Below the pieces are notes generated by a model. It made no database searches. It saw only the letters and a program-made list of their open reading frames with translations, and had not been told where the DNA came from. From the human T2T-CHM13v2.0 reference genome, Homo sapiens, in assembly GCF_009914755.1 (NCBI RefSeq), contig NC_060925.1: a stretch of DNA of 64,000 nucleotides; one strand, given 5' to 3'. Shown here piece by piece: positions 12,485-23,719 of the stretch; the first letter of the stretch is position 1, and every line of letters begins with the position of its first letter. Position numbers and translations under genes: made by a program.

Positions 12485-12780
12485 TTAAGCTGAAGGCAGA
12501 TCTTGTGGTAAGGGGTGATATTGTGGGGACGTTAGAAGAAACATTTGTTGTATAGAATGATTGGTGATGGCCTGGATACGGTTTTGTATGAATTGAAAAA
12601 CTAAATGGAATAAGAGAAGGAGAAAAACAGATATAAAAGGACTAAGAATTGGGAGGACCTAGGACATCTAATTAGAGAGTGCCTAAGGAGGTTCAGCATA
12701 GTCCTGCCAGCAAAGATTATTTATTTACTTCAAGAGTTAAGAGTGGCAGTTTGAGGATAGCACGAGGAGATATCAGCTGT
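12485..12780 (-). pseudogene. env: HERV-H env C-terminal remnant (most of env deleted)
   Basis: - strand reads ...QMFLLTSPQYHPLPQDLPSA* ending at 12485, which is the HERV-H Env tail; upstream boundary approximate. Confidence 0.75.
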
Positions 12781-12959
12781 GATGGCTTGGAGAAACAGTG
12801 TAAACCGGCAGTGTAAACAAGAGCAGGGCATGTATGAGTAGTTGAGAATGGTGAATAGGAGTATGACTAGACAGAAGATAGTAGGGATGACAAGTTATTT
12901 GGGGGCACAGTTTAAGTTCGTCTGGTGTCTGGAATGAGACTGGGGCCTAATAAAAAGGA

Positions 12960-15131
12960 GCTCAAATGGGCTGTACCTTGTAGCATTCCGAGGACAGGCC
13001 TGAATTCTGAGAAGGGAAAGTGGTAAAAGTATTGTCCAGTGCTTTTTAAGTTGGTGGCTGAGCTTGGTGAAGTGTGTTTTTAAAAGACCTTTAGTCCGTT
13101 CTACTTTTCTTGAAGATGGAGGACTGTAAGGGATATAAAGGTTTCAATGAATACAAGAGCCTGAAAAACTGCTTGGCCGATTTGACTAATAAAGTCTGGT
13201 CTGTTATCAGACTGTATAGAGGTGGGAAGGCTAAACTGAGGAATTATGCCTGACAGAAGGGAAGAAATGACTGCGGTGGCCTTCTCAGACCCTGCAGGAA
13301 AGGCCTTTACTTATTCAGTGAAAGTGTCTATTTAGACTAAGAGGTATTTTAGTTTCCTGACTCGGGGCATGTTGAGTAAAGCTAATTTGTCAGTCCTGGG
13401 TGGGGGCAAATCCTCGAGCTTGATGTGTAGGGAAGGGAGGGGGCCTGAATAATCCCTGAGGAGTAGTAGAAGAGCAGATGGAACACTGAGAAGTTATTTC
13501 CTTGAAGATAGATTTCCACGATGGAAAGGAAATGAGAGGTTCTAAGAGGTGGGCTAGTGGCTTGTACTATAGCATAGCCTGCCTTTGCTGGTGTGTGGCG
13601 ATTAGGCCGGATGGAACCGCCATCAATAAATCAAGCGTGATCAGGGTGAGGAACAGGAAAGAAGGAAATATGGGGAAATGGGGTGAATATCAGGTGGATC
13701 AGAGAGATACAGTCATGAGGGTCAGGTGTGATATCAGGAATAATGTGGGAGGCCAGACTGAAGTCTGGGCCAGGAACAATGGTAATTGTGGGACTTAACA
13801 AAGAGTGAGCACAGCTGAAGAAGCCGGGGAGCAGAAAGTATATGCGTCAGATATGAGGAAGAAAATAGATTTTGGAAGTTATGCGAAATGTAGAGCATGA
13901 GTTGAGCATAGATTGTGATTTTTAGGGCCTCTGAAAGTATTAAAGCAGTGGCAGCTGCTGCACGCAGACATGAGGGCTAGGCTAAAACAGTAAGGTCAAG
14001 TTGTTTGGACAGAAAGGCTACAGGGTGCGGTCCTGGCTCTTGTGTAAGAATTCTGAGTGCACTAACTATGCCTAGGAAGGAAAAGAGTTGTTGTTTTGTA
14101 AGGGATTGAGGTTTGGGAGATTAATCGGACATGATCAGCAGGGAGAGCACGTGTGTTTTTATGAGAATTATGCCAGGATAGGTAACAGATGAGGATGAAA
14201 TTTGGACTTGACTGAAGTAATGGGGGCTGTCTGTGAAGCCTTGCCGCAATACAGCCCAGGTAATTTGCTGAGCCTAATGGGTGTCAGGGTCAGTCTAAGT
14301 GAAAGCAAAGAGAGGCTGGGATGAAGGGTGCAAAGGAATAGTAAAGAAAGCATGTTTGAGATCCAGAACAGAATAATGGGTAGTAGAGGGAGGTATTGAG
14401 GATAGGAGAGTATATGGATTTGGCACCACAGGGTGGATAGGCAAAACAATTTGGTTGATAAGGCGCAGATTCTGAACTAACTTGTAAACCTTGTCTGGTT
14501 TTAGGACAGGTAAAATGGGGTAATGGTAAGGAGAGTTTATAGGCTTTAAAAGGCCATGCTGTAGCAGGCGAGTGATAACAGGCTTTAATCCTTTTAAAGC
14601 GTGCTGTGGGATGGGATCTTGACATTGAGTGGGGTAAGGGTGATTAGGTTTTAATGAGATGGTAAGGGGTGCATGATCGGTCGCCAAGGAGGGAGTAGAG
14701 GTATCTTATACTTGTGGGTTAAGGTGGGGGGATACAAGAGGAGGATGCAAAGGAGGCTTTGGATTGGGAAGAAGGGTGGCAATGAGGTGTGGCTGTAGTC
14801 CAGGAATAGTCAGGGAAGCAGATAATTTAGTTAAAGTGTGTCAGCCTAATAAGGGAACTGGGCAGGTGGGGATAACTAAAAAGGAGTGCTTAAAAGAGTA
14901 TTGTCTAAGTTGGCACCAGAGTTGAGGAGTTTTAAGAGGTTTAGAAGCCTGGCTGTCAATACCCACAACAGTTATGGAGGCAAGGGAAACAGGCCCTTGA
15001 AAAGAAGGTAATGTGGAGTGGGTAGCCTCCGTATTGATTAAGAAGGGGACGGGCTTACCTTCCACTATGAGAGTTACCCGAAGCTCAGCGTCCGTGATGG
15101 TTTAGGGGGCTTCCGAGGCGATCGGGCAGTG
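12960..15131 (-). pseudogene. pol: HERV-H pro-pol remnant (protease, RT, RNase H, integrase), disrupted
   Basis: ORF 14841-15065 is protease with DTG changed to NTE (FLINTEATHS). ORF 14295-14687 is the RT N-terminus (SPYHYPILPVLKPD, QNLRLIN, VLDLKHAFF), ending at a TGG->TAG stop. After LRQGFTDSPHYFSQ the YxDD segment is deleted. Integrase-like residues (DTFT, IQSDN) lie near 13150-13350. Confidence 0.9.
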
Positions 15132-16351
15132 TCAGTCTTCAGCTGCTAAGCTGAGAAGATCTGGGAAGGAGTCAGTCAGAGAGCCTTGGGCCAGAGTTCC
15201 AGGGGCTCTGGGAGTGGCTGCCAGGTGAGTTGAACAGTCCGATTTTCAGTGGAGTCCCGCAGAGATGAGACGCGGCTTAGGAGGAATCCCGGGCTGCGGG
15301 CATTCCTTGGCCTGGTGGCCAGATTTCCGTCACTTGTAGCAAGCTCCTGTGGGAGGAGGTTCTGGAGGAACACCTGGCTGCTGCAGTTCAGGCGTTTGGA
15401 AGTTCTTGTGTGCTGGAGATGTGGCTGGGGTTTGTCTCACAGTGGAGGCAAGGAATTGCAACATTTTCTATTATTGTACACCTTGAAGGTGGGTTAATTA
15501 AGTCCTGTTGTGGGGTTTGAGGGCCAGATTCTAATTTTTGGAGTTTTATTTAATGTCAGGAGCAGATTGGGTAATAAAATGTACATTGAGAATAAGACGG
15601 CCTTTTGACCTTTTAGGGTCCAGGGCTGTAAAGCGTCTCAGGGTTGCTGCCAAACGAGCCATGAACTGGGCTGGGTTTTTATATTTGATGAAAAAGAGCC
15701 TAAACACTTCTGATTTGGGATAAAGAAAAAGGAGCATTAACCTTGACTATGCCTTTAGCTCCAGCCACCTTTTTAAGAGTAAATTGCTGGGCAGGTTGGG
15801 GAGGGCTAGTCACAGAACGAAACTGTAAGCCAGACCGGGTGTGAGGAGGGGAGGTGATAAAAGGATTATAGGGTGGAGGAGCGGAGGCTGAGGAAGAATT
15901 GGGACCTAGCTCGGCCTGGCGAGGAGCAGCCTGGTGAGGAGGGGAGAGGTCAGATAGGTCTGTAGAAAAGGAAGATTAGAAAGACTCAGCGACGCTTGGG
16001 GTTGGGACTGAGGGGACAGGCGGGAGGGAAAGAAGGAAGATTTGGGACGAGTTGCATTGGGCACAGAGACTAGGAAGGGACTGATGTGTAAAAGAATGCC
16101 TGGACGTCAGGCACCTCAGACCGTTTGCCTATTTTACGACAAGAATTATTTAGATCTTGCAGAATGGAAAAATTCAAAGTGCCATTTTCTGGCTATTTGG
16201 AACTACTGTCGAGTTTGTATTGGGGTCAAGCGGCATTGCAGAAGAAAATAAGGCATTTAGGTTTTAGGTCAGGTGAGAGTTGAAGAGGTTTTAAGTTCTT
16301 AAGAACACAGGCTAAGGGAGAAGGAGAAATAGAAGATGGAAGCTTGCCCAT
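15132..16351 (-). pseudogene. gag: HERV-H gag remnant
   Basis: ATG at 16351 gives MGKLPSSISPSPLACVLKNLKPLQLSPDLKPKCLIFFCNAA* (Trp->TGA); capsid fragment NPAQFMARLAATLRRFTALDP...HFITQSAPDIK (15546-15737); ends ...FPDLLSLAAED* at 15132. Confidence 0.9.
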
Positions 16352-16374
16352 AGTGAAGGAGGCAAGCCCAGAGA

Positions 16375-17079
16375 AAAGAGTAGAGACACGGAGAAGGGGT
16401 GGGGGGTTCTTGCCCTCCAGAAAAGCAGAGAAGGGGTCGGGGCACAGAGATACGAGGTCGTGGCATGGAAATAAGGGATCAGAGCACAGAGATATAAGAG
16501 GTTGGGGCACGGAAATAAGGGATCGGGGCACAGAGATATAAGAGGTTGGGGTGCGGAAATAAAGGATCAGGGCACAGAGATATAAGAGGTTGGGGCACTT
16601 GCCCCACTCCTAGAAAAGCGGGATTTGCTGCTAACGGTGAAGGAGAAAGGGTAGAGACAATGAGAGAAGGGGTTGGGGTACTTGCCCCTCCCCCAGAAAA
16701 ACAGGACTTGCCGCTAAGGGTGAAGGAGAAGGGATAGAGACATGGAGAGAAGGGGTTGGGGTACTTGCCTCTCCCCCAGAAAAGTGGGACTTGCCACTAA
16801 GGGTGAAGGAGAAGGGGTTGAGGGGTACTTGCCCCTCCCCCAGAAAAGCGGGACTTGCCACTAAGGGTGAAGGAGAAGGGGTTGAGGGGTTCTTGCCCCT
16901 GCCCCAGAAAAGCAGAGAAGGGGTAGAGACACGCAGAGAAGGGGTTGGGGTACTTGCCCCTCCCCCAGAAAAGCGGGACTTGCCGCTAAGGGTGAAGGAG
17001 AAGGGGTTGAGGGGTTCTTGCCCCTGCCCCAGAAAATCAGAGAAGGGGTAGAGACATGGAGAGAAGGGGTTGGGGTACT
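16375..17079 (-). repeat. Tandem repeats of the HERV-H 5' leader
   Basis: Five copies of a ~65-125-bp unit containing CTTGCCCCTCCCCCAGAAAAGCGGGACTTGCCGCTAAGGGTGAAGGAGAAGGGGT, and four copies of a ~45-bp unit containing GGCACAGAGATATAAGAGG. Confidence 0.9.
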
Positions 17080-17197
17080 CTCCCTTGCGAGATCAATCCC
17101 CTGTCCTCCTGCTCTTTGCTCCATGAGAAAGATCCACCTATGACCTCAGGTCCTCAGACCGACCAGCCCAAGAAACATCTCACCAATTTCAAATCCG
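17080..17197 (+). other. Inverted segment of the HERV-H leader (the PBS-to-splice-donor part of exon 1, on the strand opposite to the provirus)
   Basis: + strand reads CTCCCTTGCGAGATCAATCCCCTGTCCTCC...CACCAATTTCAAATCCG, which is HERV-H sense leader sequence, while all flanking provirus is on the - strand. Confidence 0.88.
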
Positions 17198-17210
17198 AGT
17201 CACGGCACCA
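17193..17210 (-). promoter_or_regulatory. Primer-binding site, tRNA-His
   Basis: Reverse complement TGGTGCCGTGACTCGGAT, an 18-nt complement of the tRNA-His 3' end, 2 nt from the 5' LTR. Confidence 0.95.
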
Positions 17211-17212
17211 AA

Positions 17213-17646
17213 TTTTATGTACGTCTGTGTGAAGAGACCACCAAACAGGCTTTGTGTGAGCAATAAAGCTGTTTATTTCACCTGGGTGCAGGTGGGCTGA
17301 GTCTGAAAAGAGAGTCAGCGAAGGGAGATAGGGGTGGGGCCGTTTTATAGGATTTGGGAAGGTAATGGAAAATTACAGTCAAAGGAGGTTGTTCTCTGGT
17401 GGGCAGGGGCGGGGGTCACAAGGTGCTCAGTGGGGGAGCTTTTGAGCCGGGAGAAGGAAATTCACAGGGTTAATCACTCAGTTAAGGTGGGGCAGGAACA
17501 AATCACAATGGTGGAATGTCATCAGTTAAGGCGGGGCAGGGCCTTTTCACTTCTTTTGTGATTCTTCAGTTACTTCAGGCCATCTGGGTGTATATGTGCA
17601 AGTCACAGGGGATGCAATGGCTTGGCTTGGGCTCAAAGGCCTGACA
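17213..17646 (-). promoter_or_regulatory. HERV-H 5' LTR (LTR7) promoter, firing leftward
   Basis: 10 transitions relative to the 3' LTR and no indels; TATA (CCTATAAAA on the - strand, 17343-17351); GC/GT boxes (GGGGCGGGG, GGGTGGGG). Confidence 0.95.
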
Positions 17647-18338
17647 ATTACCAAGATCAGAAATATTTGTTGAATGAATAAGTGATCTCCCAGCACTTCA
17701 TCAAAAGCAAATTAGGAAGACTGATTTGCCATCAGTATCAGAATTCCCAAGGTTTTCTATCTTCCTATCTCTGAATGGATCAGACTCACAATGGAGACAC
17801 AGATCACAGTGTCCTCTCTGTACTGTTGACCTTGCTTCTGATCCAGAAAGCCTGCAATTCCCACTGAGTCTACAGTTTTGAAAAGATAGACAGTCATTCC
17901 AACACCTAACAGGAGTCCACAAATCACACCATGTCCATGTTTTCACGTGAATGGGAAAAGAGTGGGAAGAGAATAAGAGGTATGCTGGCGATAACAGGAT
18001 AGGCCCAATAGAGAGCCCTGAGATCAGGAATCTGAACAGACTTGCAGGGTTAGCAGAAAGGGCTAAGTAGGTCAGAAACCAGAGGCTTGATGTTGAAAGA
18101 AAGGGAGGATAGGACCTATTTATAGAAAGTAGAAAAGCCAAACTAAAGTCAGTATCTGACTCCTTCTTCATAGGCTTAGCCATGTTCCAAACTGGGTTGA
18201 TACTGGCCCATTTAACGGTGAGCAGAGTAGTGAAGTAATTCCAGCCAATCCCTGGAAAACGGATTATTAGCAGAGCATGCCAACAGTTTTGGTGAGTTCT
18301 GTTCTGGGTCAGTAAACAGTACTTAAGAATATTAAAGG

Positions 18339-18450
18339 TAGAGTGACCAACTGCCCCAGTTTTCCCTGAACTGAAGGTTTCCTGAAATGTAGGACTTTCA
18401 GTGCTAAAACCAGGATAGTTCTGGGCAAACCTGAATAGTCGGTTGCCCTA
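18339..18450 (+). mobile_element. MER81-type hAT MITE
   Basis: TAGAGTGACC...GGTTGCCCTA terminal inverted repeats; 8-bp TSD ATTAAAGG/ATTAGGGG. Confidence 0.8.
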
Positions 18451-18474
18451 ATTAGGGGTCACAGCAAGACTGGA

Positions 18475-19450
18475 TTCATTTTTTTTTTTTTTGGACAAAC
18501 ACTTACTGAGATCCTGCACTGTGCCAAGTACTACACTAAGCCTTTATAAAACAAAAAGTTCCTGGAGAAGCTTGCAATATGGTGATTGAATAAGGCATTG
18601 ACTAAATAACACAAATGCTGTAGTGCACCCTGCAGTGGACCCCTTCAGGACTGAGGCCCATCCTTCCCTAGCTGGTGGGAGTGTTGCCTACTAATGGCTC
18701 ACTGCTGAGTCTGTTCTAGTAATCACCCTCTACTGAAGAAAGCTTTCCTGCTCAAGGTTGTATCTCCTACCTGGAGAGTCTTGATGCAGTGATGGCCAAT
18801 GTGAGTTACAAAGGTCCAGCCCTCCTGTTCCATTCCAGGCAACTTCAAGGGCCATTCTAGCTCCAGTGCACCCTATTGGCTCATGAGATGCCTGCTTCAA
18901 CTGCATCACAGTTCAACTCCTCCTTGTGCCTCTCTCACACACGTTGATTGTTCCTAGGATTCCTCACCAACATACCTCTTTTAAACAAACTTCAGAGTCC
19001 CAGAGTCAGTCCCCAGGGAAGCCAACCTGTGACCAACATCTAACATTGCAACTGTGCCAGGTGCTCAGAGGGAAAGGTGCCTAGCACTGTGGGAACCTGA
19101 GAGAGAAAGAGATCTGACCTAATCAGCACATCATGAGTGAACAGGAATTAACTAGGCAAACAAGAAAGGCAACGTGTTCTAGGCACAGCCAATGGCATGA
19201 ACAATGGCCCTGTAGTGGAGAAGACCATTATGGTGATGAGGAGGGACCGAATGTGACCCAAGCATTGACAGTAATAGGAGCAGGCAGGCTAAAAGCTAAG
19301 GCCACAGAGGCAGCCCGCCAGGTCAAGGGATGGAGGATTTTCTATATCCTAAGAGCAATGAGAGGCCAGTGAAGGCTTTTAGGCAGGGGAGTAACAGGAC
19401 CCTACAGATCCCCAAGTGTAGGGGATGAAATTTGCAAGATGCCACAGTTA
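18475..19450 (-). mobile_element. L2 fragments, interrupted by an ERVL LTR
   Basis: TTCATT...CAAACACTTACTGAG...TGTGCCAAG L2 3' end on the - strand; continues 19040-19450 (GAAGGCTTTTAGGCAGGGGAG). Confidence 0.55.
18619..19034 (+). mobile_element. LTR16-family ERVL solo LTR
   Basis: GGCCATTCTAGCTCCAG...ACTGCATCACAGTTCAACT...CAGAGTCAGTCCCCAGGGAAGCCAACCTGTGAC. Confidence 0.65.
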
Positions 19451-19623
19451 CCTTAGAGCCAGTAGCAAGCAAGGATAATAGAAGGCTGGACACTGGCCCA
19501 GGTCTTATGCGCCAACCCCCTCCCCTGGCCACTCCCCCAACACCTAGGGCCAGTATCAGCCTAGTTTGGAACATGGCTAAGCCTATAAGCAGGGGGTCAA
19601 AGAGCTTCTGCCAAATCAATTAA

Positions 19624-19804
19624 AGCCTGGAAGGAAAGAGTCAGCATGATAATTACAGGAAAACAGGATTTTACATTTTATACCGTCATATCCAAAGAAT
19701 GTGTTTTGTTTTTAAGGTAAAGAAAAGAGATGGGGGTGGGGGAATTCTCTATTCTTTGACATCAATTGACACCTCCAATAGCCCTTCTCTTGTCACCTGT
19801 CTCT
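19624..19804 (+). repeat. Copy B of a ~180-bp diverged local duplication
   Basis: Aligns by eye (~85%) to 11212-11388. Confidence 0.85.
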
Positions 19805-20209
19805 TTTGCTTTGCTATTCCCTCTCACCCTCCATTTCTTCAATTAATATTTATTTTCTGAATGTTATATGCCAATTATGGGGTGATGAGCCTCTGAGGTC
19901 CTACCCTTCGTGGCTATTCCCCTGACACCCCCATGTAGGGCCACTGCAGAGCTCATGAGCAGGTCTTCCATGGTTTCTCTGCAGCCTCAGGGCTGGGAGC
20001 CTCACAAAACATTTTCCTCTTCTGGATGGTGCCCAGGCATGTGCAGTCTGAGTGGACACCACTACTGGTTCCAGTAATTGTTGGATGAAAAAGGGAGCCA
20101 AGTGCACTGAGGGTGGGTACAAGGCCTGTTAAGTCATCTTGAGCTTGAAAACTCATAATGTGATCCCTGAGACATTGCCTCTAGAGCCCATCACTTTGCA
20201 GGCACATAG

Positions 20210-20634
<425 letters not shown>

Positions 20635-21374
20635 GAGAGGGCTATTAAGTGAGAAGAAAGGTAAAGTAAGTTTGTCATTGAACGTTTTGCTAAGAGTACT
20701 TTCCACAGAGATGAGTGAATCTGACTTTCTGTTTCTGAAGGGAAAGAGCTGGGAACTTTTACCCTTTTGGGTCTGGAAAGATCTTAGTCCTCCTGAGAGA
20801 AGAGAGGTGTTGTCAGATTGGGGGACATAGATGTCAGAGAGACAAAATTGTAGAAAGAAATGCAGTAGCAAAGGATGGTGTGGTTAAAAAATAAGTAGGA
20901 ATGTTTTTCTGGACCAACCCTGTCAGTATTTAATTGTTCTCATCCTGATATTGCATTTGTTTCTGTGATTTTTTTTCTAGCCATCACCAGGAGATCTCAA
21001 AGCAACTCACAAGTATTCGATTTTCAGGTATGAAACAATTGTAACTTAGGAAACAAAGACAAAAAGAAACAAACAATAAAGCAAGAAAATATGTTGTCCA
21101 AAATACAATTAGTGACATCAATAAGCAGAACCGAGTTTTCTGATTGACATCTGGTCGTCCTCTATATAGCACTTGACTTGTCACCTGGCTGATAAAAATC
21201 ATGTGCAGATGAAGAATTATTTGTTGCCTAAATAACAATTAAAATTGAAGCCATATTACATCACAGAATGCAACCTTTATTATATGAGAATAAGAAAAAC
21301 AACCTCAGGTCTAGGTCTCCTTGTGGATGGTAAGTAAGTACTTCACATACACTTTATTTAAATTAATGCCCACA

Positions 21375-21664
<290 letters not shown>

Positions 21665-22126
21665 TTAATTAATGCCCACAACCTTTCCATGAGCTAAGTC
21701 ATTGTCATTATCTCAGGGGTAAAGGCAAAAATGTTCCAAAAAACATAATATGTATTTAGTTTTATCCATAGAGATAAATGCTTGTGTGATACTGGCTTGT
21801 TCCGACGTGTTTAGAGTAAGCAACGTTTTTCTTGAGAGCTGCTTTCCTTCGGCATCCTTGACCATGTGGCCATCTCCAGGCTGAAGAAACAGAATCTGAC
21901 TTTTTAGATCCTCCATTCAGCTACTTCCAACCAACTGCATGAAAAAGCTGTCTCCTTTTGTTCTCTTCAAGTGAGGCATTATTTTATTTCTCTGAGCAGC
22001 TCTCTCACCTCGTTACCTTTCATACTTCTTTACAACAATATACATTGCAATAAAATACAATTAAAACATCATTTGAGTGCTCCTACACTAGGTCTCTCAG
22101 CCTCTTTAAATGGATGCTTTCCTTAG

Positions 22127-22453
<327 letters not shown>

Positions 22454-23719
22454 AAAAATGCATGCCATTTAAAGTGCAACTTGAAGTTCAAACTGTATTA
22501 TCAGGTCTAAAGATGAATAAGAGCAATGGGGCAGAGAGCATGTTTGCTTCCCAGCCACAGAAGTTTCTATGAGATTCCAATATACTGCCGAGGGGAAGAG
22601 ATGTTTTCTCAGCACCACAACCCACTGCTTCACCCCACTTTAGTGAATTCTGAGGAGTACACTTTTCCACAGGGCATTCAAGGAGTGTTTATTGTCATGG
22701 TTTTCTATTTTTTTAAAAAAGAACTTCAGATGTGGCAGGAAGGAAGGCTTAAAGTTCCATCTGTCAGCTCCTGAAACCGCGTCATTTCTATTCTAGGACT
22801 AGACTTGGAATGGTTATGGCAGCTGCCAAAGAGCGTTTGATAAGGAGAGCCTATAACCTCAGCTCTTTATTAGCCTGGAAAGCCTGGGGTCTTGGAAGCT
22901 GTGAACTCACTTTGTTAGCTAACTGAGGGGACTCCAAACACTGCCTGGTCACCTCAGATATTTCTGCAACCCAGAGATGGGTGCTGCTGGATTGTCCCCC
23001 GGATTAATTCTGTTTCTGACTCAAGCCAAAGGGGTCTAACCTGGGGGAGAATCTCATTAATATTATGAAGACCCAGGGAAGCTTTTGGGAATGATGCGCA
23101 GACAATATCTGGGTAGGTAACATGCTTGTGATGTGGCTACAATAACCTAAAAGCTTAAATGTGGAGGAGATGTTGCAGGGCAAAGTCTTTTGAAATGTCC
23201 GGGGGCTCCCTCCCCGTGACTTCTGTCTACTCCTCCCTAGTGTTGGCTTCTAGTTAAAGAGCTCATTAACCATATATTTGATTTCTCAAACATGAATAAA
23301 TCCACTTAGCAGCTTGCTCAAAACCTTTGTTGTAACTTTCTTTTCTCAAATTTAGACTGTCTCCTCACCTACTGAGAAGTTGTGACACTTTCATAATGAG
23401 AAGGGTGACTTAAATTTAGAATGAGGCACAATCTTAAGATACAGCGGATTCAATTCAGGCTTTGCCACAAGCTCCATGGGTGGTCTCACTATTTAATTTT
23501 TATTTTCCTCATTTCCAGATTTGTCTTCCCCACTGTTTTCTTTGTTATGAACTTTCACAGTCAATTGAGAATTCTGCATCCAGGAAAAAAATTTTATACA
23601 AGTACAATCATCCCTGGGTGTGCTCAGAGAAATGGGTCTGTGCAGTTCAAAACTGCTCTTTGAACAACAAAGTGCAACTGTACTTTTCCCTCTATTCTTC
23701 CCTCTAATTACCACCCTGG

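Larger units (their letters stand above)
11889..17646 (-). mobile_element. HERV-H provirus (LTR7-HERVH-int-LTR7), common deleted RTVL-H2-like type, 5758 bp
   Basis: Two 434-bp LTRs; perfect TSD ATTAC (11884-11888, 17647-17651); tRNA-His PBS; polypurine tract; gag/pro/pol/env remnants in order on the - strand. Confidence 0.98.

Noticed and set aside
14295-15737. Gag/protease/RT ORFs as functional genes
   Set aside because: Premature stops, catalytic DTG changed to NTE, and the YxDD region deleted; pseudogenic.
16375-17079. Repeat array superficially resembling a CRISPR or a coding repeat (several overlapping ORFs)
   Set aside because: Eukaryotic retroviral leader repeats: the units are tandem and degenerate with no unique spacers, and the ORFs are by-products.
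17193-17210. tRNA-His-matching sequence as a tRNA gene
   Set aside because: Only the 18-nt retroviral PBS; no cloverleaf or A/B boxes.
17701-18183. Longest ORF in the window (160 aa, - strand, ATG in a good Kozak context GAACATGG) just upstream of the 5' LTR
   Set aside because: No recognisable domain, Ser/Leu-rich composition typical of non-coding frames, and it lies upstream of the LTR promoter so would not be on LTR transcripts. One ORF of this size is unremarkable in 64 kb. Ribo-seq/PhyloCSF would be needed to revive it.
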